This document shows positions 17,312-26,630 of a stretch of DNA of 64,000 nucleotides, one piece after another. How positions within the stretch are numbered: the stretch's first letter is position 1; each line of letters opens with the position of its first letter. The DNA comes from an uncultured Anaerolineaceae bacterium (GTDB lineage Bacteria > Chloroflexota > Limnocylindria > Limnocylindrales > CSP1-4): NCBI GenBank assembly GCA_964518505.1, contig CAZFGT010000004.1:29114-93113 (forward strand), given 5' to 3'. The position numbers and the translations under genes are program-made. The notes under the pieces are model-generated. The model was not told the origin of the DNA and made no database searches. It was given only the letters and a program-made list of their open reading frames with translations.

Positions 17312-19089
17312 GCCGCCTGCGCCTCCGCCGCGGTGAGCTGGGAGAAGACGATCTCGCGATAGGTCTCGCACGTCTCGAGCAGCTCGTGGTGGCGGCCTAC
17401 GCCGACCACGCGACCCTCGTCCATGACCACGATCTGGTCGGCGTGCATGATCGTGCCGACGCGCTGCGCCACGATGAGCACGGTCGCGGACGACAGCTCG
17501 TGGTGCAGGGCGGCGCGCAGCTGGGCATCCGTCCTGAAGTCAAGGGCGGAGAAGCTGTCGTCGAAGATGTAGACCGGGGCGCGCTTGACCAGGGCGCGGG
17601 CGATGGCGAGGCGCTGCCGCTGTCCGCCGGAGACGTTCGTCCCGCCCTGGTCGACCGGGGCCTGCAGCTGGCCCTCCATCTCGGACACGAAGGTCTTGCC
17701 CTGGGCGATCTCCAGGGCGTGCCACAGCGCCTCATCGTCGGCGGTCTCGTCGCCGTACCGGAGGTTGCTGGCGACCGTGCCGCTGAAGAGGAAGGCGCGC
17801 TGAGGGACGACCCCGATGCGCTGCCAGAGGTCCTCGCGCGTCATCTGGCGGACGTCCACGCCGTCCACCAGCAGCGCGCCACCGGTCACGTCGTAGAAGC
17901 GCGGGATCAGGTTGACCAGGGTGGTCTTGCCGCTACCCGTCGAGCCCACGATGGCGGTCGTCTCGCCAGGCCTGGCGGTGAACGAGATGTCATGGAGCAC
18001 CGGCTGCTCCGCGCCCGGGTAGCGGAACTCGACGCTGCGGAACTCGATCGTGCCGGCGATGGTGGGGCTGGAGGCACCCGTGCCGTTGCCGTGGGCGGCC
18101 ACGACCGTCGGCATGACGACCGGCTTCTCGGGGTCCTTGATGCTCGGCTCGATCGTCAGGACCTCCTGGATCCGGTCGGCCGAAACGGCGGCCCGGGGGA
18201 CCAGGATGAACATGAAGACGGCCATCAGGACGGCCATCAGGATCTGCATCAGGTAGGCCAGGAAGGCCGTCAGGTTGCCGATGGGCATGCCGCCCGAGTC
18301 GACCCGGATGGAGCCGAACCACATCACGGCGACCGTCGACAGGTTGAAGATGGCCATCATCACCGGGATGGTCACGGCGAACAGCCGGTTGACCCGGATC
18401 GAGGTGTCGAAGAGGTCGCGGTTGGCCGCCTCGAAGCGCACCTCTTCGTGTCGCGTGCGCACGAACGCGCGGATGACGCGCACGCCGGCCAGGGCCTCGC
18501 GCATGACCTGGTTGATGCGGTCCAGCTTGGCCTGCATCGCCCGGAAGAGCGGGATGGCGCGGCGCATGACGAGGAAGACCACGACGAACATGAGAGGCAG
18601 GATCACGACCAGGAGCCCGGACAGGGGCACGTCCTCGCGGAGGGCCATGATCACCCCGCCGATGCCCGTGATCGGCGCCAGGATCATGATCGTCAGGGCC
18701 ATGAAGATGACCATCTGGACCTGCTGGACGTCGTTCGTGTTGCGGGTGATCAGCGAGGCCGTCCCGAAGTGGTTGATCTCCACCTGGGCGTAGCCGGCGA
18801 CGCGCTTGAAGATCGCCGCGCGCACGTCGCGCCCGAAGGCCATGGCCACCCGCGCCCCGAAGTACACGGCCACGACGGCGCACACGCCCAGCAGCAGGCT
18901 CACCACCAGCATGAAGAGGCCGGTCCGGATGATGTAGTCGGTGTCGCCCTTGGCGATGCCGTTGTTGATGATGTCGGCGTTCAGGCTGGGCAGGTACAGG
19001 TTGGCGATGGCCTGCACGAGCAGCAGCACCAGGACGACGCTGATCTGGCGCATGTAGGGGCGCAGGTATTGGCGCAGGAGCGGGATCAT
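17308..19089 (-). CDS. ABC transporter, fused permease/ATP-binding protein (type I exporter), subunit 1
   Basis: 593 aa with TM domain, Walker A GSTGSGKTT, signature VSGGQRQRLAIARA and Walker B; likely a heterodimeric partner. Confidence 0.85.
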   Translation of the reverse strand: MIPLLRQYLRPYMRQISVVLVLLLVQAIANLYLPSLNADIINNGIAKGDTDYIIRTGLFMLVVSLLLGVCAVVAVYFGARVAMAFGRDVRAAIFKRVAGYAQVEINHFGTASLITRNTNDVQQVQMVIFMALTIMILAPITGIGGVIMALREDVPLSGLLVVILPLMFVVVFLVMRRAIPLFRAMQAKLDRINQVMREALAGVRVIRAFVRTRHEEVRFEAANRDLFDTSIRVNRLFAVTIPVMMAIFNLSTVAVMWFGSIRVDSGGMPIGNLTAFLAYLMQILMAVLMAVFMFILVPRAAVSADRIQEVLTIEPSIKDPEKPVVMPTVVAAHGNGTGASSPTIAGTIEFRSVEFRYPGAEQPVLHDISFTARPGETTAIVGSTGSGKTTLVNLIPRFYDVTGGALLVDGVDVRQMTREDLWQRIGVVPQRAFLFSGTVASNLRYGDETADDEALWHALEIAQGKTFVSEMEGQLQAPVDQGGTNVSGGQRQRLAIARALVKRAPVYIFDDSFSALDFRTDAQLRAALHHELSSATVLIVAQRVGTIMHADQIVVMDEGRVVGVGRHHELLETCETYREIVFSQLTAAEAQAA

Positions 19090-19628
19090 CGGTCCTCCGC
19101 CTCCAACGCCTGGTCCGGCCCTTCATCGCTCGCCGAGTCCTCGGCGATCGCGGCGCGGACGGTCCGCAGCACCGACAGGAGCGTGGTCAGCTGCGTCTCA
19201 TCAAGCCGCCCCATGGCCATGGCGAACCGAGCGCGCCGATGGTCACCGACCATCCGCACCAGCTTGAGGCCTCGCTCGGTGGGCTGGACCAGGACGACAC
19301 GGCGATCCTCCGCCCGGTGCTGGCGCTCCACCAGGCCGCGCTTCTCCATGCGGTCGACGATGCCCGTGGCGCTGGCGACGGAGACGTCCAACTCGTCCGC
19401 GAGGACGCCCATGGGCTGGGCTCCCCTGGCCTCGAGCGCACTCAGCAGACTCAGGTGCACGATGCTCAGCGAGCCCATGTGCCAGCGCTTGAACGCGGAC
19501 GCGCGGTCACGCGGCGACCAGGCGGTGACCTCGTTCAGGAGCTGCTCGATGAGGGCCTGACGCGACTCGTCGCTGGAGCCCTCGTCAGAGGCCTCAGCGG
19601 TCGATGGGCCCGCGAGGCCGCCCTTCAT
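19086..19628 (-). CDS. MarR family transcriptional regulator
   Basis: wHTH ...LSLLSALEARGAQPMGVLADELDVSVASATGIVDRMEKRGLVER.... Stop is adjacent to the start of ABC subunit 1. Start taken at ATG 19628; the ORF-track GTG (19652) lies inside the operator palindrome. Confidence 0.8.
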   Translation of the reverse strand: MKGGLAGPSTAEASDEGSSDESRQALIEQLLNEVTAWSPRDRASAFKRWHMGSLSIVHLSLLSALEARGAQPMGVLADELDVSVASATGIVDRMEKRGLVERQHRAEDRRVVLVQPTERGLKLVRMVGDHRRARFAMAMGRLDETQLTTLLSVLRTVRAAIAEDSASDEGPDQALEAEDR

Positions 19629-19644
19629 CGCCGCACTTACATTC

Positions 19645-19687
19645 AATGTCACGTTGACATTCTAGCTGACGTGCCGCCGGCCGTCAA
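19645..19687 (-). promoter_or_regulatory. marR-ABC operon promoter (TTGACG-17-TAGAAT) with overlapping palindromic operator AATGTCA-ACG-TGACATT
   Basis: On the minus strand: cgTTTGACGgccggcggcacgtcagcTAGAATgtcaacgtgacatt. The 7-bp perfect inverted repeat starts inside the -10 element. Confidence 0.45.
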
Positions 19688-19812
19688 ACGCCGGCTGGCT
19701 CGTGGCAGTCCCAGGCGGGCCCGTTACCCACTCCATTGTTGGTCCGAGCACAATGGAGCGGGTAGGGCGGGGCGCTAACCCTCCAGCGCCGGGCCTGGAG
19801 CCCGGGGATCCC

Positions 19813-20310
19813 CTAGCGGTAGTTCTCGAACTGCAGGGGGACCGGGTAGTCCTCGCCGACGACGCGCAGGCGGGCGATGACCCGCTGCAGGTCGTCCCTG
19901 GACTTGCCCGAGACGCGCACGGCGTCGCCCTGGATCTGCGACTTGACCTTGGGGAACTCGTCGCGGATGAGCTTGCTGATCTTCTTGGCCAGGTCGTCGC
20001 CCAGGCCCCGCCGCAGGCCGATGACCTGGCGGACCTTGTTGCCGCCGGCCGGCTCGATCTTGCCCCAGTCGAAGATCTTGAGGCTGAGACCGCGCCGGAT
20101 GGCCTTGGATTCCAGGAGGTCCTTCACCGCCGCGGCCCGGCTCTCGTTGTCGGTCAGGAGGGTGATCTCCTCCTTGCCCAGGTCCAGCTGCGCCGTCACG
20201 CCCTTGAAGTCATAGCGCGTGCCGATCTCGCGGCGGACCTGATCCAGGGCGTTGACCAGCTCCTGGCGGTCGAAATCGCTCACCACGTCGAACGAGGCGT
20301 CGCCAGCCAT
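19813..20310 (-). CDS. yajQ: YajQ family cyclic-di-GMP-binding protein (UPF0234)
   Basis: MAGDASFDVVSDFDRQELVNALDQVRREIGTRYDFKGVTAQLDL... conserved YajQ N-terminus. Confidence 0.8.
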   Translation of the reverse strand: MAGDASFDVVSDFDRQELVNALDQVRREIGTRYDFKGVTAQLDLGKEEITLLTDNESRAAAVKDLLESKAIRRGLSLKIFDWGKIEPAGGNKVRQVIGLRRGLGDDLAKKISKLIRDEFPKVKSQIQGDAVRVSGKSRDDLQRVIARLRVVGEDYPVPLQFENYR

Positions 20311-20319
20311 CTGCTCCTC

Positions 20320-20733
20320 CTAGCCGGCCTCGGGCCGATACGTGCGGTCCACGCCCACGGTGCGCTCGATCGCCCACTCACGGAACCGCGTCACCAGGCC
20401 GGCGTCGTCCAGTTCGAGGGTCATGAAGCCGCGCTGGCGGAGCCGCTCAGCGGTGGATCGCCGCGTGAAGGCGGCGTGCCAGCTGGCCAGCACCGTCGGC
20501 CCGCTGACCCAGACGCGTTCCGCATCGAACTCCACGTGCGTCTGGGAGGCGGCCACGTCGTTCCAGTAGGCACGGATGGCGTTGGCGCCGGTCAGGGTCG
20601 CCTCGAACGGGTCGACGCGGTACTCGGCATCGTCGCTGAAGAGGGCCACCGCGGCGTCGACATCCAGGCGTTCCCAGGCGCGCTTGAACCGGTCGACCAG
20701 GTCCTGGCCAGCGCCGGGCGTGAGGGTGAGCAC
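20320..20733 (-). CDS. NTF2-like / SnoaL-like domain protein
   Basis: 137 aa; DRFKRAWERLDVDAAVALFSDDAEYRVDPFE... has the SnoaL/DUF4440 pattern. Confidence 0.55.
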   Translation of the reverse strand: MLTLTPGAGQDLVDRFKRAWERLDVDAAVALFSDDAEYRVDPFEATLTGANAIRAYWNDVAASQTHVEFDAERVWVSGPTVLASWHAAFTRRSTAERLRQRGFMTLELDDAGLVTRFREWAIERTVGVDRTYRPEAG

Positions 20734-20742
20734 GGACCGATT

Positions 20743-22287
20743 CTACCGGCCGGGCGGCTCCGACCCGTGGCCCAGCAGTTCCGTGAGCCGCTCGGCGATG
20801 ACGTAGGAACGGCCGCCGCCCATCACCAGGACGACGTCGCCCGGCTCCACGCGCGTCGCCAGATGGTCGGCCGTGGCCTCGGGCGAGCCGGGGGCGGTGG
20901 CCCGCCAGCCACTGGCGCGCGCTGACGTCGCGTCGGCCAACGCCTGGGCGCTGGTGATCGTCCGGTCGGGATCGCGGTTGGCCCAGATGTCGGCGATGAC
21001 GGCCCGGTCGGCCGTGGCCAGGACCTCGGCGAAGGCGTCGAGCATGGCCGCCGTGCGGTGGAACGTGAGGGGCTCGTAGACGGCCCACACGCGCCGGCCC
21101 GGGTAGCGCTGACGCACGGCCGCCAGCGTGCCGCGGATGGCCGTGGGGTGATGCCCGTAGTCGTCGAGCACGGTGATGCCCCGCGGCTCGCCCTTCAATT
21201 CGAGGCGCCGGCCCACGCCGCGGAAGCTGGCCAGGCCGGCCACGATCTCGGCCGGTACGAGGTCGGCGGCGTCCCCGGCCGTGGCGGCCGCCAGCGCGTC
21301 ATCGGCATACTGGCGCCCTGGCAGGTGCACCTGGACGGTGACCTCGCCGCCGGGCAGGCCGGCGATCGCGAGGAGGTCGCCGTCGGGGCCCGCCGAGACG
21401 ATCCGCCCGGTGACCGTGCCGGCCGGCAGGCTTTCCGACGTCGCCACGCCCGAGCCGAGGAGGGCGAAGGGCCGCAGGCGCTCGCCAAGGTCAGCCAGTC
21501 GAACGGCGACCTCGCGGCCGCCCGGGTCGCCCACGTTGACCACGACGAGTGGCGGGATGGGGGCGGCGCGGACCCATGAGACGAGCATGTCGACCACCGC
21601 CGCCCGGTCGGCGAAGACGTCTGGATGGTCCCACTCCGCGTTCAGGATCACCGCCACGGCCGGGTGGTACGGAGCGAAGTTGTCGGCGTATTCGTCCGCC
21701 TCGACGACCATCCACGGGCCCCTCCCCCAGCGGGCCGTGGCGGCCGGGCTGCCCGACAGGTCGACCGGCAACAGCGCCCCGATCGCCGCGGATGGGTCGC
21801 GGCCCGCGCCGACCAGGAGGTGGGTCACCCAGCCGCTGGTGGTGGACTTGCCGTGCGTGCCCGTGATCGCCAGGAGGTGTTGGCCGGCGGTCAGGGCGAC
21901 GTCGGCGACGACCTGCTGCCACGCCTCGACGGGGATCCCGGCCGCCACCGCGGCGCGCAACTCGGGATGGTCCGGGTCGACGGAGGTGAGTGACTTGGTG
22001 ACCGAGAGGCGGTCCACGAGGGGCCGCCCGGCCGCGTCCACGACGTGCGACGGGCTATGGGCCCAGCTGAACGGGATGCCAAGGGCCTCGGCCGCCGCCG
22101 TGTAGGGCGACGGCCCGCCCGCGTCGCAGGCGGTCACGGCCGCGCCGGCGTGCGCCGCCAGGAGGGCCGCCTCGGACGCGCCGGCCCCTCCCGCGCCCAG
22201 GATGTGGATGCGCTCGCCGGCGGCGATCAGGCGCGCGGGGCGATCGGGCGCCAGGCCACGGCCGACGTCCTCCAGGCTGCGGGTCAC
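20743..22287 (-). CDS. murC: Mur ligase family protein, probably UDP-N-acetylmuramate--L-alanine ligase
   Basis: IHILGAGGAGASEAAL..., P-loop AITGTHGKSTTSGW..., DEYADNF. GTG start overlaps the cinA stop (GTGA). The N-terminal 196 codons of the ORF-track call are R/G-rich overlap with cinA. Confidence 0.7.
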   Translation of the reverse strand: MTRSLEDVGRGLAPDRPARLIAAGERIHILGAGGAGASEAALLAAHAGAAVTACDAGGPSPYTAAAEALGIPFSWAHSPSHVVDAAGRPLVDRLSVTKSLTSVDPDHPELRAAVAAGIPVEAWQQVVADVALTAGQHLLAITGTHGKSTTSGWVTHLLVGAGRDPSAAIGALLPVDLSGSPAATARWGRGPWMVVEADEYADNFAPYHPAVAVILNAEWDHPDVFADRAAVVDMLVSWVRAAPIPPLVVVNVGDPGGREVAVRLADLGERLRPFALLGSGVATSESLPAGTVTGRIVSAGPDGDLLAIAGLPGGEVTVQVHLPGRQYADDALAAATAGDAADLVPAEIVAGLASFRGVGRRLELKGEPRGITVLDDYGHHPTAIRGTLAAVRQRYPGRRVWAVYEPLTFHRTAAMLDAFAEVLATADRAVIADIWANRDPDRTITSAQALADATSARASGWRATAPGSPEATADHLATRVEPGDVVLVMGGGRSYVIAERLTELLGHGSEPPGR

Positions 22288-22808
22288 GAGCCAGCCTCGG
22301 GCACCGCGTCCAGCCACGCCAGGATGAGGCGGAGCGCCGCCTGGGCGCTCGCGCGCTTGTTGCCCGCCCGGCCGCCGGACCAGGCGTGTCGCTCCAGGCG
22401 TGCCCCATGCGGCGCCGCGAGGGCGATGAAGGTCAGGCCGACCGGCTTGTCGGGCGTTCCGCCATCCGGCCCGGCGATACCCGTCACAGCGACCGCCAGA
22501 TCGGCCCGTACCCGCGCCCGGGCGCCGATCGCCATGGCCCGGGCCACCTGCGCCGAGACGGCTCCGTAGTGCGCCAGCGTGGTCTCCGGGACGCCGAGCA
22601 GGGCGGCCTTGACCTGGTCGCTGTAGCTCACCACGCCCCCCAGGAAGTAGGCACTGGACCCGGGGACTTCGGTGAGGACGTGGCTGATGAGGCCGCCCGT
22701 GCACGACTCGGCGGTCGCCAGGGTCACCCCACGGGCCAGGCACGCGGCCTGGACCTCGCGCGCAAGGGCGACCAGCGCCTCGGCCGTCGGCGGGCGGCCG
22801 GGCGTCAC
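22284..22808 (-). CDS. CinA C-terminal domain protein (nicotinamide-nucleotide amidohydrolase PncC-like)
   Basis: ALVALAREVQAACLARGVTLATAESCTGGLISHVLTEVPGSSAYFLGGVVSYS is the classic CinA_C motif. GTG start overlaps the rodZ-like stop. Confidence 0.75.
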   Translation of the reverse strand: MTPGRPPTAEALVALAREVQAACLARGVTLATAESCTGGLISHVLTEVPGSSAYFLGGVVSYSDQVKAALLGVPETTLAHYGAVSAQVARAMAIGARARVRADLAVAVTGIAGPDGGTPDKPVGLTFIALAAPHGARLERHAWSGGRAGNKRASAQAALRLILAWLDAVPEAGS

Positions 22809-24160
22809 GTGTGGGTGGTCTTCTGCGGCGCCTTGCCCCGCTGGAAGAGCCATGTCTCGGGCGCTCCCGGGCCACCCAACGTGCCGATGGCGACTCCGTT
22901 CAGCGTGAAGTACGTGGCCCCGGCTGAGCCGGTGCGGACCTCCACGCTCTGGCTGCCGGTGAACTGCAGGCGCGTCCCGGCGTGCACCGTGACACCGGTG
23001 TACGAGGGCACCACCCGGCCGTCCACCCACACCTTGAGCCAGGCCGAGCCGCCCTTGATCTCCACCGTCAGGACGACACCGGCGATGGCCACGGTCACCA
23101 TGTGGCTCACGGCCGTGGTCTGGCCGCCGCTGGAGGTCGCCGTGGCCGTCACGTTCCAGCGACCCGGTGGCAGCTGGAACGTGCCGCTGAACGCGCCGTC
23201 GGTGCCCACCGTGAGGTGCAGCGGCGCCGGCGGCGCGGCCGGGACCGGCGTGGGCTTGCCCGAGGCGACCGGCGTCGCCGGGCCGGCGTCGACGGCCGTG
23301 ATCGTGACGCCCGTACCGCTGGTGGTGCCGGCGATGGCGACCGCTCCCCCGTTGACAGCCGCCCCGTCGGCCGGGCTCGTCAGGGCGATGGCGGGGCCGG
23401 TCGGGGTCGGCGGGATGGGCACGTTGATGATGAGGTTCCAGGGCGGCGAGACCTTGGCCGTGTTCGGGTCGGTGGCCGTGACCGTCATCTGGTTCTCGCC
23501 CTTGCTGAGGGGCACGTCACGCGACCAGGCGCCTGCGCTGTCGGCGGAGAAGCGGTAGATCTGGTTGCCCGGGGCCTGGATCGTGACGGTGACGTTGGGA
23601 TCGCTGGTCCCGGCGATCAGCACGTGGTCGGCGTCGGTCGTGGAGACGACGGCCCCGGGCGAGGTGACGCTGAGCATGGGCGGCTGCACCGACCGGGCCA
23701 GCTGGAGGGCGATGTAGCCGCCGACGGCCACGATGATCAGCGTCAGGACGGCCGCCACGAGCACGCCGGGCGTGAAGGTGAAGCCGCCCCGGGGCGCCTC
23801 CAGGGGTTGCGGCGCGATGATCATGGGCCCGGTCGGGCGGGCGGCGCCGCCTTCGCGACGCCACTGGTCCAGCACCTGGTCGGGGTCCAGGCCCAGGTAC
23901 ATCGCGTAGTTGCGCAGGAAGCCCTTGGTGTAGACCGCCCCGGGCAGCTCGCGGAACTCGCTGCGCTCGAGCGCCGAAAGGTACTTGACGCGGATCTTCG
24001 TGTCCCGCTCGGCTCGGTAGAGGTCCACGCCCTTGGCCTCTCGCGCGGCGAGCAGCACCTCGCCCAGGCGCGGACCCGCCGATCCAGCCGGTTCGGGGCG
24101 GCCGCGGTCCCGGTCGGCGGCGCGCGGCGCGGTCGGGCGAGCGTGGTCGCGTGGGGTCAT
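22805..24160 (-). CDS. RodZ-like cytoskeleton protein (HTH_25 + TM + DUF4115)
   Basis: N-terminal LGEVLLAAREAKGVDLYRAERDTKIRVKYLSALERSEFRELPGAVYTKGFLRNYAMYLGLD, single TM, PT-rich linker, C-terminal beta-rich DUF4115-like region. Confidence 0.65.
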   Translation of the reverse strand: MTPRDHARPTAPRAADRDRGRPEPAGSAGPRLGEVLLAAREAKGVDLYRAERDTKIRVKYLSALERSEFRELPGAVYTKGFLRNYAMYLGLDPDQVLDQWRREGGAARPTGPMIIAPQPLEAPRGGFTFTPGVLVAAVLTLIIVAVGGYIALQLARSVQPPMLSVTSPGAVVSTTDADHVLIAGTSDPNVTVTIQAPGNQIYRFSADSAGAWSRDVPLSKGENQMTVTATDPNTAKVSPPWNLIINVPIPPTPTGPAIALTSPADGAAVNGGAVAIAGTTSGTGVTITAVDAGPATPVASGKPTPVPAAPPAPLHLTVGTDGAFSGTFQLPPGRWNVTATATSSGGQTTAVSHMVTVAIAGVVLTVEIKGGSAWLKVWVDGRVVPSYTGVTVHAGTRLQFTGSQSVEVRTGSAGATYFTLNGVAIGTLGGPGAPETWLFQRGKAPQKTTHT

Positions 24161-24275
24161 GGGGTGTGGTATCGGTCCTCTCGAGTGCGCCCCATCACGC
24201 TCGACGAGGCGCCCGGACAGGATACGCGCTCACGCCAGCGGCACCCATGGGGCACTCGGCGTAGGGCGCGATCCC

Positions 24276-26630
24276 CTAGCTCAGCGGGTCGTCCATGTCG
24301 TCGGGGCCGCGGACCCAGTTGTCGGGGCCGTAGACGTGCCGTGGCACGGCCGGGTTGCGCGGATCCTGGGGACCCACGATGCCGTACCGCTCAAGGTCAT
24401 CCATCAGGCGGCTGGCCCGGTTGAAGCCCACCTTGAGCTTGGTCTGGAGCATCGACGTGCTGGCCTTGCCGGTGCTCATGACCAGCTCGGCCGCGCGCGA
24501 CGTCATGTCGTCCTCCGCCAGCCGGGCGAGCCAGGCGAACTGGCCGCCGCCGTTCCCCTCGGCGTCGGCGAAGGCGATGACCTCCGGGTCGTAGTCCGGG
24601 TCGGGCGCCTGATCGCGCCACGCCTGGGTCACGCGCCGGACCTCGCCGTCGCTCACGAAGACGCCCTGGAGACGCACGGGGCGCGGCAGGTCGGCCGGCT
24701 GGTAGAGCATGTCACCCCGACCGATGAGGTCCTCCGCGCCGGGCTGGTCGAGCACGGTGCGGCTGTCCACGTTGGACGACATGGCGAAGGCGATGCGGCT
24801 CGGTACGTTGGCCTTGATGAGGCCGGTCACGACGTTGACGCTGGGCCGCTGGGTGGCCAGCACGAGGTGGATGCCCACGGCGCGCGCCTTCTGAGCGATC
24901 TTGACGATGGGGTCCTCGACCTTGCGGCCCTCCCGCATGATCAGGTCGGCCAGCTCGTCGATGATGATGACGAGATACGGCAGGCGCTCGTCGGGGCTCA
25001 CCCGGGGGCTGGCGTTGTAGGCCGTGATGTTGCGCTCGGCCTTGGCCGCCAGGGCCTTGTAGCGATCCTCCATCTGGGCCACCGCCCATTGCAGGGCGGC
25101 CCGCGCCTCGTTGGCCTCCACGATGACGTTGGTCAGGAGGTGCGGCAGCCCGTCGTAGGGCGCCAGCTCCACGCGCTTGAGGTCGACCAGCACGAGTCGC
25201 ACCTCGGCGGGGGTCGCGCGCATCAGCAGGCTCGTGATGAGGGCGTTGACGCAGACCGATTTGCCCGACCCGGTCGCCCCGGCGATGAGGAGATGGGGCA
25301 TCCGCGCCAGGTCGACCGCGTAGGCCTTGCCCGACACGTCGCGGCCCAGGGCGAACGTCAGGCGGCTCGTGGCGGAGAGCATGTCGGCGTCGGCGATGAG
25401 CTCGCCAAACCCGACGATCTCGCTCAGGTGGTTGGGGATCTCGATGCCCACCACGTCCTTGCCCGGGATAGGCGCCTCGATGCGGATGCTGCGTGCGGCG
25501 AGGGCCATGGCCAGGTCATCAGCCAGGGACTCGATGCGCGACAGCTTGATGCGGGCGTCCGGGCGCACCTCGTACTGCGTCACCACGGGGCCCTCGTTGA
25601 AGTGGCTGACCGTGGCCGGGATCTGGAAGCTGCGCAGCTTCTCCTCGATGATGCGGATGTTGCGGTCGTGGTCCAGGCCTTCCACGCCGCCCTCGGGGAG
25701 CGGCGGGTCAAGGAGAGCCACCGCGGGCAGCAGCCACGGCCGTTCATGGAGCGGTTTGGGAGCGTCCTCCGCCTCGAGCAGGTCGTCGTCGCCGGTCGCC
25801 GACGTGGTCGGCGCGGCGACGGCGACCGGAGCGGCCGCGCCGCCGACACGTCCCCCGGCCCACACCGTCTGACTGAGCGGGACGGGGCTGGACATGGGCG
25901 ACGGGAGGTCCGGCGCCTCCGGCTCGTCGTGTCCCGCGTCGTGGCCGCGTCGGCCGTTGGTGCCGTGCGCGCCGCCCCGTGGCATACCAGCCGCGTCGGC
26001 GGCCACCGGTCGCCCGAGGCCCGTGGCGCGTCCGGGCGGGGCGTCCGCGCCGGCCATCACGCCGGCCAGGGCGCGTCCGCCGGCGGCGACCGGATGGAGC
26101 AGGCCCCGGATCGTCGAGTTGAGGAGCAGCAGGAGGCCGGCCGTCACGATGCCGGCGAGGACCACGAAGGCTCCGGCCGGGCTGACCAGCGCAGCCGTCG
26201 GACCGGCCAGGGCCTGGCCGACCCACCCGCCGGCGGCGGCCAGCTGGGTGGGTGCCGTGCCGTGCCCCCAGATGAGCTGGATCAACCCCAGCCCGCCCAG
26301 GAAGATGAGGACGCCGCCGAGGGCCGTGACGCCCCATCCGGTGCCGGTACCGGGGCCCCGTTCGACGAGGAAGCCGGCCGCGATGAGGACCAGCGGCAGG
26401 AGCCACGCGCCCTGGCCAAAGGCCGGCCGCAGGAACTCCGAGACGTAGCGGTTGAGCACGCCCCCGGCCGGCAGCATGAGGGCGATGAGGGTCACCGCGC
26501 CGATCACCAGGAGCGCCACCCCGACCAACGCCCGAGCGGTCTGCGGCGAGATCCCCAGGTTCAGGCCGGTCGAGCGCGCACGGCGCGGGCTACGGGCGGG
26601 CGGCCGCGTGGTCCGGCGGCGGGGTGCCAT
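24276..26630 (-). CDS. ftsK: DNA translocase FtsK/SpoIIIE
   Basis: Four N-terminal TM helices, linker, motor domain with LLIAGATGSGKSVCVN Walker A, and C-terminal gamma wHTH. Confidence 0.9.
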   Translation of the reverse strand: MAPRRRTTRPPARSPRRARSTGLNLGISPQTARALVGVALLVIGAVTLIALMLPAGGVLNRYVSEFLRPAFGQGAWLLPLVLIAAGFLVERGPGTGTGWGVTALGGVLIFLGGLGLIQLIWGHGTAPTQLAAAGGWVGQALAGPTAALVSPAGAFVVLAGIVTAGLLLLLNSTIRGLLHPVAAGGRALAGVMAGADAPPGRATGLGRPVAADAAGMPRGGAHGTNGRRGHDAGHDEPEAPDLPSPMSSPVPLSQTVWAGGRVGGAAAPVAVAAPTTSATGDDDLLEAEDAPKPLHERPWLLPAVALLDPPLPEGGVEGLDHDRNIRIIEEKLRSFQIPATVSHFNEGPVVTQYEVRPDARIKLSRIESLADDLAMALAARSIRIEAPIPGKDVVGIEIPNHLSEIVGFGELIADADMLSATSRLTFALGRDVSGKAYAVDLARMPHLLIAGATGSGKSVCVNALITSLLMRATPAEVRLVLVDLKRVELAPYDGLPHLLTNVIVEANEARAALQWAVAQMEDRYKALAAKAERNITAYNASPRVSPDERLPYLVIIIDELADLIMREGRKVEDPIVKIAQKARAVGIHLVLATQRPSVNVVTGLIKANVPSRIAFAMSSNVDSRTVLDQPGAEDLIGRGDMLYQPADLPRPVRLQGVFVSDGEVRRVTQAWRDQAPDPDYDPEVIAFADAEGNGGGQFAWLARLAEDDMTSRAAELVMSTGKASTSMLQTKLKVGFNRASRLMDDLERYGIVGPQDPRNPAVPRHVYGPDNWVRGPDDMDDPLS

